Source: Stegostoma tigrinum (Eukaryota). From it: a stretch of 64,000 nt of DNA. The notes beneath the pieces were generated by a model, which was not told the DNA's origin, did no database searches, and saw nothing but the letters and a program-made list of their open reading frames with translations. The DNA is taken from contig NC_081393.1 of assembly GCF_030684315.1 (NCBI RefSeq), positions 16,239,479-16,303,478 of the forward strand. Direction: 5' to 3'. Shown in pieces: positions 11,503 to 26,194 of the stretch. The number at the start of each line of letters is the position of its first letter. Within the stretch, counting starts at the first letter, position 1. The position numbers and the translations under genes are program-made.

Positions 11503-14354
11503 CATATTGTGGCTATAAGTAAGTAAGTTGGAGACTGGGAATTACGTGGCACATGACTCACTTCCTCACTCCCCTAAGCCTATCCACCATCTACAAGGCA
11601 CAAACCAGGAGTGTTTTGGAATACTTTCTGTTTAACTCAATGAAAGCATCTCCAGCAATACTCTAAAAGTTCAACACCATCCAGAACGAAACAGTCCTTT
11701 CCATCAAGATCCCATGCACTCCTTTAAACATTCACTACCAAAGCACATTGGCAGCAGTTTCTGTACCATTCAGAAGAAGCACTTCTGTGACTCACCAAGA
11801 TTCCTTAAAAACCTGTGATTTCTTGTACTTGCTAAGGTAAAGGCAGGAGACACACCACACTCTTAAACTTATTTGCAATTTAGTTTATACTGATTAGGAA
11901 GCCCTAAAGTTTTACAATAGTTAAATCTTTGAATAAACTGTAACAGACATTTAATGCAGCATTTAAAAAAGAAACAAGAGTAGGCCACTCAATCATTCGA
12001 GCTGGCTCCATCATTTAACAAGATCATGGCACATCTGATTTTGACCTCAACTGTACACACCAGCATATCACCAGTAATCTTTCATCCCCTTGGTAGTCAA
12101 GAATCTTCACAATCTCTGCAATTCTGCAGAGAATTCCATTGAAATCAATTGTGAGTTTAACCAACAGAATTCTATTCTGTATGATATTAGTGCTTTGCAG
12201 ACAATAATTCTGCTATGTTGAACATCAGGCAGAGAATGAAGAACAAGCCACCTGCCTACCCGTTCTTGGAAAGTCTAAATTCCATGGATCCAGAGGGAGC
12301 AGGAGTAATAATTTAAAATTGATGGGAGGCTGTAAACCTGAAATCTGTAACACTGCCAGTTAAATGTGCTTGTCATGTCAGTACGTAATAATTCTTTAGA
12401 GCATTTGTTCTGTGTGTATGACATGCCTGCAGCAGAGATGAGGAAATGAGATCTGAGCCCAACACGCCATAAGAGATAACAAAGGCTTTTAGAGTGGTGA
12501 GCTGAACTGCAGGATGTGGTTTCTGCAGAGTCTGCTAATGGCATGCTGTATAGGAAGCAGGAGGCTTCACGCTTCTAACTGAGAGTCTCATTTTGGGCTA
12601 GTAATTGATTTAATTATGACTTTGAACTTTACAGCCGTTGTGGGAAGGGGAAGAGGTTTTATATAATGCTTTGCCTACAGCTGTATTTTATGGGAATGAT
12701 AGAATATCTTGTACAAATTGCTTGGCACCCTTGTCCTGAAAATCAGTTATTCTCTTAAGGACCTACCACAATAATGGATTTGAATTTGTTCCATTAGAAT
12801 ATAATGAACAGGGTATGACTGGCCAGACCATTTCGTGGAGAACCCTTAAAGCCAGTAGGCAGAGGAGTGTTATCTCATTGACTAAAGATTTCATGACCTA
12901 CTTTATTCCTCAATTACATATCAGTCTTCATGCATTGGAGAAGTAATATCAATGTGGAGTTGAAGTGTTATCTGTGAAACAGTTGTAAAAGATTTTATAT
13001 TTAAGTCAGGTTCTCCACAGCTATCAAGGTCCAGACAATATCTCGAGCTTGAAGGAGTAGCTGCATGTCTAAGGAGGGATGAGAGTAGCTGCCCTTCATG
13101 CTCTCATGAGGTGGATATGGCACCAATGAGCCATTGAAACAGATCATTGTTGTCCAAGGGAAATCCCTATAATTCCTACCAGTTACAGAAGCCGATTGTT
13201 ATAGTTTTTAAAGGGCAGTCATTGTAGCCATAGAAAATCATTGCTGCTAGAATTCCTTTCAGATGACTTGACCATCTTTAGGTGCTTTAAAAGTCACCTC
13301 CCATCCATCATAAAAATCAGGAGGGGATCCGCTTGCTGTCTATTCCAGGACTCAGCTGTGTTCACAAATGCTGTGATAATGAAGCAACTGATACCATCAA
13401 CCCCGTAGTCTGTGTTTTTGTATTTCCCTGCCAGATTATAACTGTGGGCCACAAATACTGAGATAAGTGGCCAACATTGATGCCTTGCTTGGATGAGCCT
13501 AGTGTAGAAATGCTACTAGGCTGACAACTGACATTGAGTAGTCTAATGAGGTTTGTGCGCCATTTCCATCAACATTAGGTCCTTTAGATTTGGATGTTTG
13601 CTAGTCACCTGATGCCAAGGGTTTGAAAACGGGTTGAGGAATAATATGAATCTGAATGCTTTCTGTCTGTTATCTCATGCATTGGTACAAACAATGAGGA
13701 AGAAATTCATATTTGCAGTATGTCCAAACAAACATATGTAATTCTGTTATTTATAAACTGTAGGACAGAGGGGAATACATGTGGACAGCACCTGCAGTCA
13801 GTTTGCTTAAATTGGTGATTGAATTTGTGTTGAAGATAGGCATTGCTTATTTTTGGCATGGGGAGAATGGAGAAGGTGTGTTGTTGCAATAATGTCCCTG
13901 AGGACATCAATGTTCAGAATTGCAGTTGTGTATTCTGAGCGCACATGTTCAGTATGAGTAGCAATAGAATTTGTAACGCCAAATTTTAAAATTAGTTTGA
14001 AAATGTCTTGCCTTTTCGTACACCTTTTCTTTCATTACAACACCAATTGGCACCTTTTTAAGTAAAATTTCACAGGTGCTAGCAGCCTTCTGACGACTCC
14101 CAAAATTAGGTACTCTTTACATGCCTAGACAAATTAATTTGACAGACTATTCATAAAATACATCCTAGCTCAAATCTGGTCCTGTCCAATGCATGCATTC
14201 CATTAGTTCAAATCATAGCAATTTGGAATGCAAACTGTAATAATTTTTCACCTTGCTTCTCTCATCATCTTTGACTAACACTAAGGCCAGGGTATCATCC
14301 CATACTCTGTCCTGTTGAAGATCATCTAACCAAACCAGGTTACTTCTTGGATGT

Positions 14355-14740
14355 CAGGAATGGTACAGTGGTTGAACTTTTGCCTCTGACTGAAGGTTAC
14401 AAATTCAAATACCACACCAGTTACCAGAGTGCAAAATCTTGTCCATACTGAGGGAATGCTCTGTTGTTTGAAGTGCTGTCTTATGAATGAGACTTTAACA
14501 CAAGTCGCTCATCTTTCCTCTTGGGAAGATGTGAGAAATCCCTTCACACAGCTTTGAAGAGCAACGGCATTATCCTTGGTATCCTGGCTGATATTTATCT
14601 CTCAACTAGTATCATTGAGTCAAATGAAATGATCTAGTTGCTGGCTGACACAGTTTGACCTCATCACAACAGTGAGTATACTTCTTCAATATACTTAAGT
14701 ATGTAATAGACTTTATAATATAAAAGCGTGAGATATATGA
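14355..14740 (+). mobile_element. Degenerate Deu-domain SINE (SacSINE1/AmnSINE-like)
   Basis: tRNA-like head, then actgagggaatgctctgttgtttgaagtgctgtcttatgaatgagactttaa...tcctggctgatatttatctctcaac, resembling the Deu core as I recall it. Confidence 0.7.
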
Positions 14741-15470
14741 GCAGTTGTGGACCAGTCAACCCATTGAGTCTACTCCACCATTCAACAAGATCGTGGCTGA
14801 TCTGATAATACTCAACCTTACTGTCCTACTTTTTCCGCATAACCGCCAATTCCCCCTACTGATTAAAAATCTGTCTATCTTGGGCTCGAGTATACTTAAC
14901 AATCCAGCCTTGATTGTCTTCTGTGGTAAAGAATTCCATAGATTCACTGCCTCCCAAGAGAAGACGTTCCTCCTGGTCCCTGACTTAAATGTGTGATCTC
15001 TTGTGAAATTATACTGTCTGGTTCCAGACTCTCTTACAAGGGGAGATTTGTCAAGTCTGTGAAGAATCTTGTTCAAAAAGGTCGCCTTCGTGCTTCTAAA
15101 TTCCGGTTAGTGTGAACTCACCCTCCTAATAAGATCGATATCAGGCTTGTGAATCTTCCCTGGATTGCCCTCAATACCAGTACAGGGGGTTTCTGTTTTA
15201 TGAACATCCGACTTGTGAATGCTCATATTTATGAACGAGTTCCCATACAAGGGTGTATTAATATTAATTTTAAAGATCTTACCCGCAAGGGTTTCCATGT
15301 ATATATGTACAAACAGCTATTTTACATTGTCCTGTATTGTACAAATTACGAATATACACGCACTTTCCAACCAGGGACAGCCTGTATATCTTTCCTTAGA
15401 TAAGGGGCCCAAACCTGTTCACAACATCCCAGCAGTGATTTGACTAGCGACATGTATAATTTTTAACAAA
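14741..15470 (-). mobile_element. Old CR1-type LINE 3' fragment interrupted by a short unrelated insert (~15177-15350)
   Basis: Minus ORF 14756-15076 (RRNVFSWEAVNLWNSLPQK) is a CR1 ORF2 C-terminus. Confidence 0.7.
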
Positions 15471-18261
15471 GCCTCAACTAAAATCCTGAGGTTGTGAGAG
15501 TAGCGCAACAAATGCAAGCATTTTTCTGTTTTTCCTTTCATTCGGATCAGCACTATTATGTTTTCTGACTGAAAAATTTAAGCTCAATTTCTCATTTTTA
15601 AAAAAAAGTGTAATTTTTCCTTTGTTCCCATATTACTGCCCATACTCAGGAATGGTGTTAGATCCCGATCTTCCCAATAACTTTTAACATTACGCCACTG
15701 AAAGTCCCAGAAACTCCAGAATTCTTAGCTCATCTCTAGGTATCCCCTCTCAAATATTATATCATATAGTCACACAAAATCTCATCATTCATTACCAACG
15801 CTCTTAAATGTTGACTCTTGCTGCGAGCCAAGATGTCTGTCCCAGTGCCTCACTTAAAACTACTCCATCACTGTCCCTGCCCCCTCTCTTCCACCCTGTC
15901 ATTTTCATGCTCTCCATATCTCTCCTAACAGTATTGCACTTTCGATAAGCAACTTCTCTTGTTGCCATAAGAAATAGGAAGAGAAGTAGGTCATTCAGCC
16001 CCTCGAGAGCTCTGCCATTCATTAGATTATGGCTGATACAACATTTTCCCAAGTTCACTTTCCTGCCATTTCTCCCTGTAACCCTTGATTCGCCAGTTCT
16101 CACCACTGCAACTAGCCTCTCCCTTCCATTGCGTTGTGGCTATTTTTCTGCTAGCCGTCCAGTTTGTCTCAGGTTTTAAAATTTTAATGCATATGTTTTG
16201 AACTATAACCTGAAGTTGATGGAGCAGAGATACAATTCACATTTATGTAGCCTGAACCTGCAAACTATCTGTACAGTTTAAGTAATGTGAGGACCATGAA
16301 TCTGTAGTCATTCTAATATACCCAATTTTGAACAAAGCAAGGGTATTGTGGAGTTTGTTATTGCACAAATAATCCAGAGAATTTGAACTAAAACACCAAT
16401 ATGCTAATTGAGAATTTGAATTCAGTGTCAACAAAAAGGCTAGAACTGTATAATGTTGTCACTAAAAATGACTATAAAGCTGTTGAATGGTCATAAGGAC
16501 CCAGCTGAATACTCCTTCTTTTGTGACAAAACCTGCTTCTTTACCTGATCTTAGCCTCTATGTAGTTGACTGTTAACTGCTAGCAGCAGTGGCTCAGCAG
16601 GACATTCAGTTGCGTCAAACCCCAGGCAAAATATGGACGATAAATAGTAGCCTTGTCAACAGCACACAGGTCTGAGAATGAGCAGTACAATTTGAGATCT
16701 ACACACCTGCCAATGTGTGGAATTGTTTAAAAAGATGAGTTTTAGTTGAATAATGGCACACCTTAAAATTTTATCACAGAATTCATTCTGTTTTCTAACT
16801 GTGTTATCCTATTATAGAATAGAATTCTATATACAATCCTATAATTCTATATAAAATAGAATTAATTCCTGTTTTGTCTGAAAATGAAACTTTTTGGAAT
16901 TGCTTGTATGAAGTTATAAATAAGGAAGTTAAATCCTGTATTGTTTTTCCTACTCATCAGAATTTTTATTTGGTACAAATTGTTTAAGCTGAGTCGAGGG
17001 TAATTTATCTCCAGCGTCTGCAGTTCCCATTATCTCTGATCACAATATTACAGTTCACTGTTAGTTTTCATTGTCTGCTTCAGTTTTTATATATATAATC
17101 CAGTTACTTTAGGCTGTTCTTTGTGGAAAAGAAAATTGTTTATGAACAACAGCTCCAGGAATTAATTGTGGCAGTGCATCTAGTTTATAAATTCTTTTGA
17201 AATGCAGTTGAGTTGGTTTTGATTCACAAAACTAAAATTACTTGTTGTTTCAATCTAGCATATAAATTTTAGGAAAGATTATATTCCCTTCATCTCATGG
17301 GAATTCCCATATTGTATGTCAATCTTTGTCATCACTTAAGACGCAGATAACCTGCTCTCAGGCTTATGTTTTTAGTCATCTAAATGTTTCCTGGGAATTA
17401 AACCTTAATTACCAGAATGCCACCCCTTTTCATCTGCCTACTCCTACATATTCCGCTCAATCTTGTCCTTGCCTTACCAGAAGACAGTGACTTCTATTCA
17501 GAGTTGGATCTGGGTTGGAATTTGTCTCGCATCACCATTCTTCATGTGTGAATCCAGACTATGGGCTGTTCGACCTTCAGTTGTAAATGGGAACTTGTAT
17601 TGCCTGATTTTTAACTGTCTCTTCCATGGGCACAGGCTAATTGGATTGCTTCTACGTCCACAACAATGGAAGGCAGATGACTTGGCCCAGAAGTTGCTGG
17701 TGTCTGGGGCCTTCCTGGCATCCATTTACTACTCCTTGTGATATTCCTGCTCAGATTCAAAATACATTTTGGGAGCTGATTCCCAGTCCCTCAGCAGCAT
17801 GGCAGGTATCACCACATATGAATGTACAAAGCATAGCAAGAACAGAAGTAGACCTTCCAGCTTTTTGAGCCTGTTCAACCATTCACCAAGATCATGGCAG
17901 ATTTATTTCTGTCTTGGATTCCACATTCTCACTGACCCCTGATGATATTCGATTTTTATTAGATGAGCGAATCATATTCCTCTCCCTTAAAAATATTCTA
18001 TAACCCCATTTCCATTGCTTTCCGAGGCTAGGTGTTCCACTGTTGCATAACCCTCTGAGAGAAAAAAAATTCTCAGGATCTCTGCCTAAAAGGGAGACAC
18101 CTAATTTTAAAACAGTGCCCCGTGACGTGAAGGAGTGCCCCTTTCTTACATATTGCTACAGAAACATGCTGTGTTATTTCAATTCCAGGGCAGTTGGTAA
18201 AATATGAAATGAGACACTAATAGTTTATTTGATGATAGGTATATTCACAAAATTCAGCATT

Positions 18262-18601
18262 GTGCATGGTGGCTCAGTGGTCAGCACTGCTGCCTCACAA
18301 TGCTAGGGATCCTGGTTCGATTCCACCCTTGAATGACTGTGTGGAGGTTGCATATTCTCCCCATGTCGGTGTGGGTTTCTGCTGGATGCTGCAGTTTCCT
18401 CCCATAGTTCAGAGATGTGCAGGGTAGATGGATTGGCTATGCTAAATTGCTTATAGTGTTCAGGATTTGTGCAGGTGTATTAGCCACGGAAAATGCAAGG
18501 TTACAGGGAACGTGTAGGGGAATGGTTCCGGGTGAGATGCTTTCAGAGGGCACAGGTTGGGCTGACTGGCCTGTTTCCACACTGTAGGGATTCCATGATT
18601 C
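18262..18601 (+). mobile_element. HE1-like V-SINE (tRNA-derived)
   Basis: A box tggctcagtgg, B box ggttcgattcc, V-domain ...ttgcatattctccccatgtc...gtttcctccca. Confidence 0.9.
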
Positions 18602-19849
18602 TTCCTGGGTGACCCACTGTCCCAGTGCAGCCTCTTTTTAAAATATTTTTATTGAACCGAGTAACCCCTTTAAAGGAGTGCTTTAACACAGGTCAAATTG
18701 CCAAAGAAAACTTAAATGAATGCCATTTTTAAGGGGTGGCCAATGATGCACACTAGACTGTGTAGTTCCCACCAGAGAAGGTGTGACATATGCCAGAGGA
18801 GACTTAGGCATCCTTTCCAGGAAACTGAGCCAGAGAGACAACACTGAAGAGAGAGAGAGGCAGTCAGATTTTACAGCCCCTCTGTGGCCCACTGCCTGAA
18901 TCTGTAGATAGCCACTGTGGCCAGGCCCGGAAGCAGACCTGAGACGTCATCCTGTGTTCTGCCTGCCTCTGTGGTCTGTTTTTAAGCACTCCAAGTGGAT
19001 ATTTTTAATCAAACCATTCAGAAGTGTTAGAAAGTAGCATTGGAGCAGATGGGGCTTGAATCAGAGTCTTCTGGCTCAGAGTTAGGTATGCTGTCACTGT
19101 ACTGCAGCGGCCCCCAAAATTGTTTCAATTGTGCTTAATTAAACCCTCACTGATGTATGTTAACTACATAATTAACAAGCCATGAGCAAGTTGTCAAAAA
19201 TTTTGTGCTGGCACCATACTTAGCTGTGGTTAACTTGACTTTCTTTGTGTCTGATATTTCATGTTAGTTCCTGATCTTGGCCAATTGCTATCGAAGTGAT
19301 TATTTCCAATGTGGTACAGGTTGATTATGAAGCAGATTGTTACAGATATTAACATTGTGATATGGAAAAATAGCTACATTTGTGAAGAAAGCAAGATAGT
19401 GATCAAAAATTCCATGTAATGTCATGAGCTATAAAGAATTTCAAGTTCACAGAACAGGAAGGTCAGAGTGAACAACAGTGTTTAAACACTGCATGTCAAA
19501 GAAGTAGGATCTCAAGGTCATGTTCTATTTTCTGAAGCTGAATTCAAATGAAATAATGTTGCTTTGAAATAAAGATAACTCTCTGACTCAAGAGTTAGTG
19601 AGTTGAAGTCACGCCAACATAAGGGAGGAGACGAGTAATTTTCAGTATACCATAGACCTCCATCACAACTTGTAGAAGTAAAGGATCAAAAGTGGGCTTG
19701 GTGTAGCCATTAGTGTTCTGAGTAAGGATAATGCGAATGAGACCAAGAAAGTGACCTGCATAGGATAATTGATTTGATCTGATGGGCATGTCAGCTGCCT
19801 ATGAGGATAGGATTAAGTTTGCCTGAAGAAAGCTGACCAAGACATTTCA

Positions 19850-20300
19850 GAGCAGGAGAATGTCCAGAGTTGGTGGGACCTGTTGGCTGGAGAAGAAAGA
19901 AGCAAAGTAAAATGAGTTAGGTGTAGGGAATTCAATAATTAGGGTGAGCGACATTTCGATTTTGTCTGAAAGGATAGAGAATGAGGGTGAAAATCCATAT
20001 TGTGATCTGGATTGGCGCCAATACCACGGGGAAAGACTGGGTAAGCCTTATTTGGAGAGCACTGGGAAATAGTAGCTAATTTAAAAAGCTTGACCTCAAA
20101 GTATTATCGAACCATGTGGAAATTGACATAGGGACAACATTTGAGGAAGGTAAACATGTGTCTGAAGGAGCGACGTAGAAAAGAGGATTCCCGGTCATGG
20201 GCTGCTTGTATTTGGTCAGGGAGGATTGGGACTGTTGGCACAAGCTGCATCTGTACTGGCCTGGGATTGGGGTCTTCACAGAAAAGATAACGAGTAGTTA
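19850..20300 (+). mobile_element. CR1 ORF1 (SGNH/GDSL esterase) remnant
   Basis: gtagggaattcaataattagg (VGNSIIR, cf. VGDSIVR) and a degenerate GLHL-like motif near 20240. Confidence 0.5.
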
Positions 20301-21529
20301 TCAGGACTAGCAAAAGGAAGGGGAAAATTTGGGTAGAAAGAGTAATATAAATGACAGTTCTAACCCAGCAAAAATGGTGGAACGAAGAAATGTGACAGCT
20401 ATAATTAAGATTCCAGATTTGGGTAGGGCTGATTTCATTGGGATGTACTTGTGCTTTTTGGAGTAAACTGGATGTAACCTGGAATAATGTGTGCAGTTTT
20501 GCTGTCCTTATCCCAGGAACAATGTTCCTTCCAACTCCAATGTTTCTGCGCGTGTGCAATTGCTCCAAGATTGTGTGGGGTGATTGTTTTGCAGCATTGA
20601 CTTCTGGGACCTGAAGTCACTGCTGCACGTGAACTTTTGAGATTTACACAGAAGGTGGTAAATTTAGTGTAAATGCTTATCAGAAGCATCATGACAAAAG
20701 TTCACCACTTGTTTCTGGGATAGCGAAATTGTCCTGTGAATAGGGATTGGGCAAACTAGGCCTGTGTTCTCCAGAGTTTTGAAGAATGAGAGGCGATCTC
20801 ATTGAAACATCTTAAATACTTAAAGTGATAGCTGTAGTTAATGTTTCCCTTAGTTGGAGACGAGAACGCATGGCAAAATTTGAAAATAAGGGAAATGCTC
20901 TTTAGGTCTAAGATGAGGTCTCAGCTGGTTATGAACCTTTTGGAGTTCTTCAACACAGAGTACAAGGAAAGTTCAGTCTTTGAGCATGTTTAAGGTAGAG
21001 TTTGATAAATTTCTATGGCATTTGGGTTCTGATGATGATGTGGATATAAGACGAAGTGTTTGATCAGCTATGATCAATTTGATGGTGAGGCAGGCTAAAG
21101 GGTTGAATGGCCTAGTTCTGTTCCTTTCTTCCTGTATTGATGGGTCAAATGATACAGGACCTTTGGTAGTGTTGTTCAATAATTAATTTGATTTAGAAAC
21201 AGTTTATGACCTGAAGGGATAAGTGTTCTTACCGAAAGTAACAGCCAAGGGCAGCCAGAAAGCTAAGGAAAAGACATATGAAAATGCAAAAGCTAGTGCA
21301 ACTCCTGGCAACTAGGAGAGTGACAAAGAACACCAAAGAGTGACGAAACAAATAAGAGCTCCGGAAAGGGAGTATGGGAAGAAACTAAAGGATGTCAAGA
21401 TTGATGCAATTTTCTCCGATTATTTTAGAAAAAGGGAGGTGATAGAAAGCAGTGTGGGCCCTTTGAAAACTATTAAGTGATATTATAAATGGAAATTGGG
21501 AAATAGTGAACATGGAATAATTAGCATGG

Positions 21530-22520
21530 AACAAAAGAAATGCAGATGCTGAAGATCTGAAACAAAAATAAATTGCTGAAAAACTCAGCAGGTCTGGCAG
21601 CATCTGTGATGAGAATGTAGAGTTATCATTTCAAGTCCAATGACCCATCTTTAGAACTGATAGCAGCTAGGAAAATGTGTTTATGCTGATATTTTCTCCC
21701 TCCTCACAATGTAAAGCTCCAGACACAGCAACACATGTTGCCAAATGAAGCAGCAATTTACCTGCACTTACAGGAGCAGAAAGAAAAAGTTGGAGAATGG
21801 CACTGATGTACAGAAGATGAAGGGAGAAAGTTGATGAAAGCTGTACAGAAAGAAAGGCAGAGTGTTGGAAAGTGGGAGTAGTGTTGATTTAGTGTATTTT
21901 CTGCTCACAATGTGGTCTCCAAGGAAGACAAAAGACAGACTGGGTGACGGCTTTGCAGAACATCTACATTCTGTCTGGAAAAAATGACCTTGAGGTTCCA
22001 GTTCCCTGCCACTTCAACTCACCACTGTGCTTCCTGACCAACATTTCTATCTTGGGCCTGCTGCAGTGCTCCAGTGAGGCTCAACCACAAGGTGGAACAA
22101 TAGCATCTCATCTTCTGCTTGGGGATACTGCAGTCTCCAGGACCCGGGATAGAGTTCAGTAATTTTAGAGCCTGACTACCTCCTTCCATATCCTTTACCA
22201 ACCCCACAAATCAGGTTTGCTATGATATAGGCTGCTTTCAGCACAGCCAACCTATTTTCACCTACTTATTGTCCCCATGATGAGCTTTCCTCCTTCCAAG
22301 GCTTACTCTCTGTCATTGTTTTGTCTGCCTAAATTACTTTCTCTCGCTTTGTGCTCCAACTTCATCTGTCTGCTCCCTAGCAACTCTGACCCACTTCCCC
22401 CTCCCCCACTGTTATCTAACTACTGTCAGTTCTGAAGTAAGGTTGCTGGACTCGGTGTTAACTGTGTTGTCTGTCCACAGATGCTGCCAGACTGACGAAT
22501 TTCTCCAGCAATTTCTGCTG
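21530..22520 (+). mobile_element. Older Penelope element (family C) with inverted 5' terminal-repeat piece and GIY-YIG remnant
   Basis: cagactgggtgacggctttgcagaacatct (RLGDGFAEH). Inverted termini: ctcagcaggtctggcagcatctgtg vs cacagatgctgccagactga. Confidence 0.75.
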
Positions 22521-23874
22521 ATGTTGAATAAATATTCTGTCAGTTTTCAAGACAGTGACAAGTGCCAAAGCATTTCACAGAAGGGTTTTAAAGCAAAATT
22601 TGGCACTGTGCCACGTAAGGCAGTATTAGTGGAAATGACCATAAGTTTGGCCAAATCTTAGCAAATATCGTAAATGAGGAACAAATGTGATGGATGGGAA
22701 GCTTTACAGAGAGCTTTCAGGGCTTTTGGCTATGGCAGCCAAAGACTCCTCAAACAAAATAACAATTAAAATCTGGGGTGCTGAAGCAGTCAGAATCATA
22801 GGAGCTCAGACATGCTGATGCCGTGCTGGCCTTTATATTGGAACTTTAGGTTACAACTGATTTGATATTATACAACAGCTATGCCTGCAAAAGGTGTGAG
22901 GGGTTAAGAACTGTTCTTCAAACAAAACATCTGTTAAAGTTCATTGTGTGGTAGATCAAGGGACTATATGACCTACCCTTGTTCCTGTTTTTTCCCTTTC
23001 CTTTTTCACTAAAGGCATGTTCAGTTGATGTGTAATCACTTACCTTGTGAACTTCTTCACAAAAGGACAAGTTTTTATGTGAAAAGAATGCTGGAAAGTC
23101 AACAGTAGAAATAATTCTTGGAAGATGATCATGACTTCTGATACTAGCAATTTAATACTGATTCATTTTGTTTTAAAATGGAAATTTGGAAAATTGAGTA
23201 TTTGTGAAATGCTGAAATATTGACAGTTTGTTCATTTGATTTAATCAGAACAATGCACCAACTGTTGTGCTTTCAATCAACATCACTTTTCTTAGATACC
23301 ATCACTACACAGAATGCGATAAGAGGTAGAAGGTGAATTGCGGTTACCTCCTTGTAATATGTATGGAAATAGGGTGGTATGGGTTGTGGTTAATTTTGAC
23401 TGAATAAAATTTAGTAGAGGATTATTGGTGGTTAGCCAGCTGCTGCCTTTTGCCTGTTTGGAATGTTACTGTTTTGCATCTTTGAAGTGCTGATTGCAGA
23501 TATTGCCTGAAGCTCTGGGAATGCGGTGGTACCGGACAGAAGTCTGTATTTACAACCTAACTGCTGATTTTTTGGTGGCACCAGCACACCAAGTTGCAGG
23601 CTTAGTCTGGCTGCCTACCTGCTCATAAGGCCTGACTCAAATTTTTCCTGGAATCCTTTCACTGACACTGCTTTGGAGACAGTGATGAGGAAGCTGACAG
23701 TGTTATTAAGCTTTGAACAATGAAACCTTTGTGGGTTTTAATTTGCTCAGACCAAACCTCTTCCTTGCTAAAATCTTAATACATATTTTGTTAAATTAAT
23801 TTCCTGATTAAATAATCAAGTTCTGAATCACTACAGTAATTACTGCAGTATTGACCACAAAATGCACAAGTATC

Positions 23875-25598
23875 TATACACCTGCATTCCCATGCTGATG
23901 GTTTAAAAGCCCTCTGCTTCTTCCTGTCCCACAGACTCGACCAGTCCCCCTCCACTGACACCCTCGAGCGCTTAGCTGAACTTGTCCTCACCCTCAACAA
24001 CTTCTCCTCTAATTTCTCCCACTTCCGACAGACAAAGGGGGTGGCCATGGGTACCCGCATGGGCCCAAGCTATGCCTGCCTCTTTGTAGGTTACGTGGAA
24101 CAATCCTTCTTCCAAAGCTACGCTGGCCCTATCCCCCATCTCTTCCTCCGTTTCATTGATGACTTTCGGCGCCGCCTCATGTTCCCAGGAGGAGCTCAAA
24201 CAGTTCATCCACTTCACTAACACCTTCCACCCCAACCTTAAGTTTACCTGGACCATCTCTGACACCTCTCTCTCCTTCCTGGATCTCTCTGTCTCCATCT
24301 CTGGCATCCACCTGGAAACCGATATCCATTTTAAGCCTACCAACTTCCACAACTACCTAGAATATCCCTCCTCTCACCCACCTTCCTGTAAAAAGGCCAT
24401 CCCCTATTCCAAATTCCTTCGCTTCTGCCGCATCTGCTCCCGAGATGAGGCATTCCACTCCCGAACATCCCAGATGTCCTCTTTTTTTCAAAAACTGCAA
24501 CTTCCCCTCCACAGTGATCGGAAATGCCCTCGACCGTGTCTCCCGCAATTCATCCCTCACACCCCCTATCTGCAATAATAACCAAAATAGAATTACCACC
24601 CCACCAAACTCCAAATCCAACGTGTCATCCTCCGACATTTCCGCCATCTGCAATCTGACCCCACTACCAAAGACGTTTTTCCCTCCCCATCCTTATGTGC
24701 TTTCCGGAGGGACCACTCTCTCCGTGACTCCCTTGTCCGCTCCACACTCCCCTCCAGCCCCACCACCCCCGGCACTTTTCCCTGCAACCCAAGCAAGTGC
24801 TACACCTGCCCCTGTAGCTCACCCCTCACCCCCATCCCAGGCCCTAAGAAGACTTTTTGCATCAAACAGATGTTCACCTGCACATCTGTTAATGTGACAT
24901 ACTGTATCCGCTGTTCCCGTTGTGGTCTCCTGTACATCGGGGAAGCCAAACAGAGGCTTGGGGACCGCTTTGCAGAACACCTATGCTCAGTTCGCAACAA
25001 ACAACTACACCTCCCAGTTGCGAACCATTTCAAATCCACCCCCCCACCCCCCCCAACACTCCTTGGACGACATGTCCATCCTAGGCCTCCTGCATTGCCA
25101 CAATGACACCACCCGAAAGATGCAGGAATAGCATCTCATATTTCGCTTGGGAACCCTGCAGCCCAAGGGTATCATTGTGAACTTCACAAGCTTCAAAATC
25201 TCCCCACCCCCGACCACATGCCAAAACCAGCCCAGCTCGTCCCAGATTCCCTAACCATTCCTCCCACCTCAAGCCCCACCCCCATCCCCTACCCACCAAC
25301 CTCATCCCACTCCCCTGACCTGTCTGTCCTCCCTGGACAGGCCTATCCCCTCCCTAACTCCCCACCTAGATTCACTTTCACTGGCTCTAACCCCGCCTCT
25401 TTGACCCGTCTGTCTCCTCTCAGCCTAACTTCTCCTTTATCCATCTTCTATCCGCCTCCCCCATCTCCCTATTTATTTCAGAATCCCATTCCCCTCCCCC
25501 ATTTCTGAAGAAGGGTTCCAACCCTAAACGTCAAGCTTTCCTGCTCCTCTGATGCTGCTTGGCCTGCTATGTTCATCCAGCTTCACACCTTGTTATCT
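23875..25598 (+). mobile_element. Neptune-like Penelope element (family A), 5'-truncated and frameshifted
   Basis: GVAMGTRMGPSYA RT motif, GTFPCNPSKCYTCP linker, YCIRCSRCGLLYIGEAKQRLGDRFAEH GIY-YIG. Hammerhead at 25505-25532 has GAAA changed to TAAA. Confidence 0.94.
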
Positions 25599-26194
25599 AA
25601 GTGAGAAGTGTGCCTCCTATATTATTTATTAAAATGGAAGCATGCTCAGCACCTTTTTAGTTATCAAGCTATTGTAAGCAAGTAGAGAGTTCATTAAATT
25701 TATTGAAGCGCTTAACCAGGCTTTTGCCCCATTAATAAAATTATGTAGTCCTGCATTATCAAGATAATACAAACTGGTTCTGCAATTACAGCACTTACTG
25801 CAGTCCTGCATTCTTAAGTCTGTAATGCATAATCAGGACAACTTCAAGAAGAAAGACAATCATGATGGAAAATGTCTGTTGCTCTCAAAATTCCAATGTG
25901 CTGTTGGCATGTGCTATCTTGAGATATACTTAAGGGCAGCGCATACCAATGTGCACTTCTGTTGGGAAACATCCTTTTTGACTTGTTAGAAAAGACAGGC
26001 AGAGTTGTATTTATTGTACCCAGAGACCAAGATCTGAAGAGAATTTATTATTGCAATAAAGAGATAGCAAAGGACTTAAATCTGACATTAAATAAAGATA
26101 GTTTACAAATATGTTACTGCATTGGGCAATGCTTTTCCCTGGTTGTTACAATGGGTTTGTAGTGAAGTCACCAAACTAATGCTCAATTAATTGC

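Noticed and set aside
16805-16865. AT-rich hairpin cluster
   Set aside because: Low-complexity ATAGAAT/ATTCTAT repeats with no supporting context.
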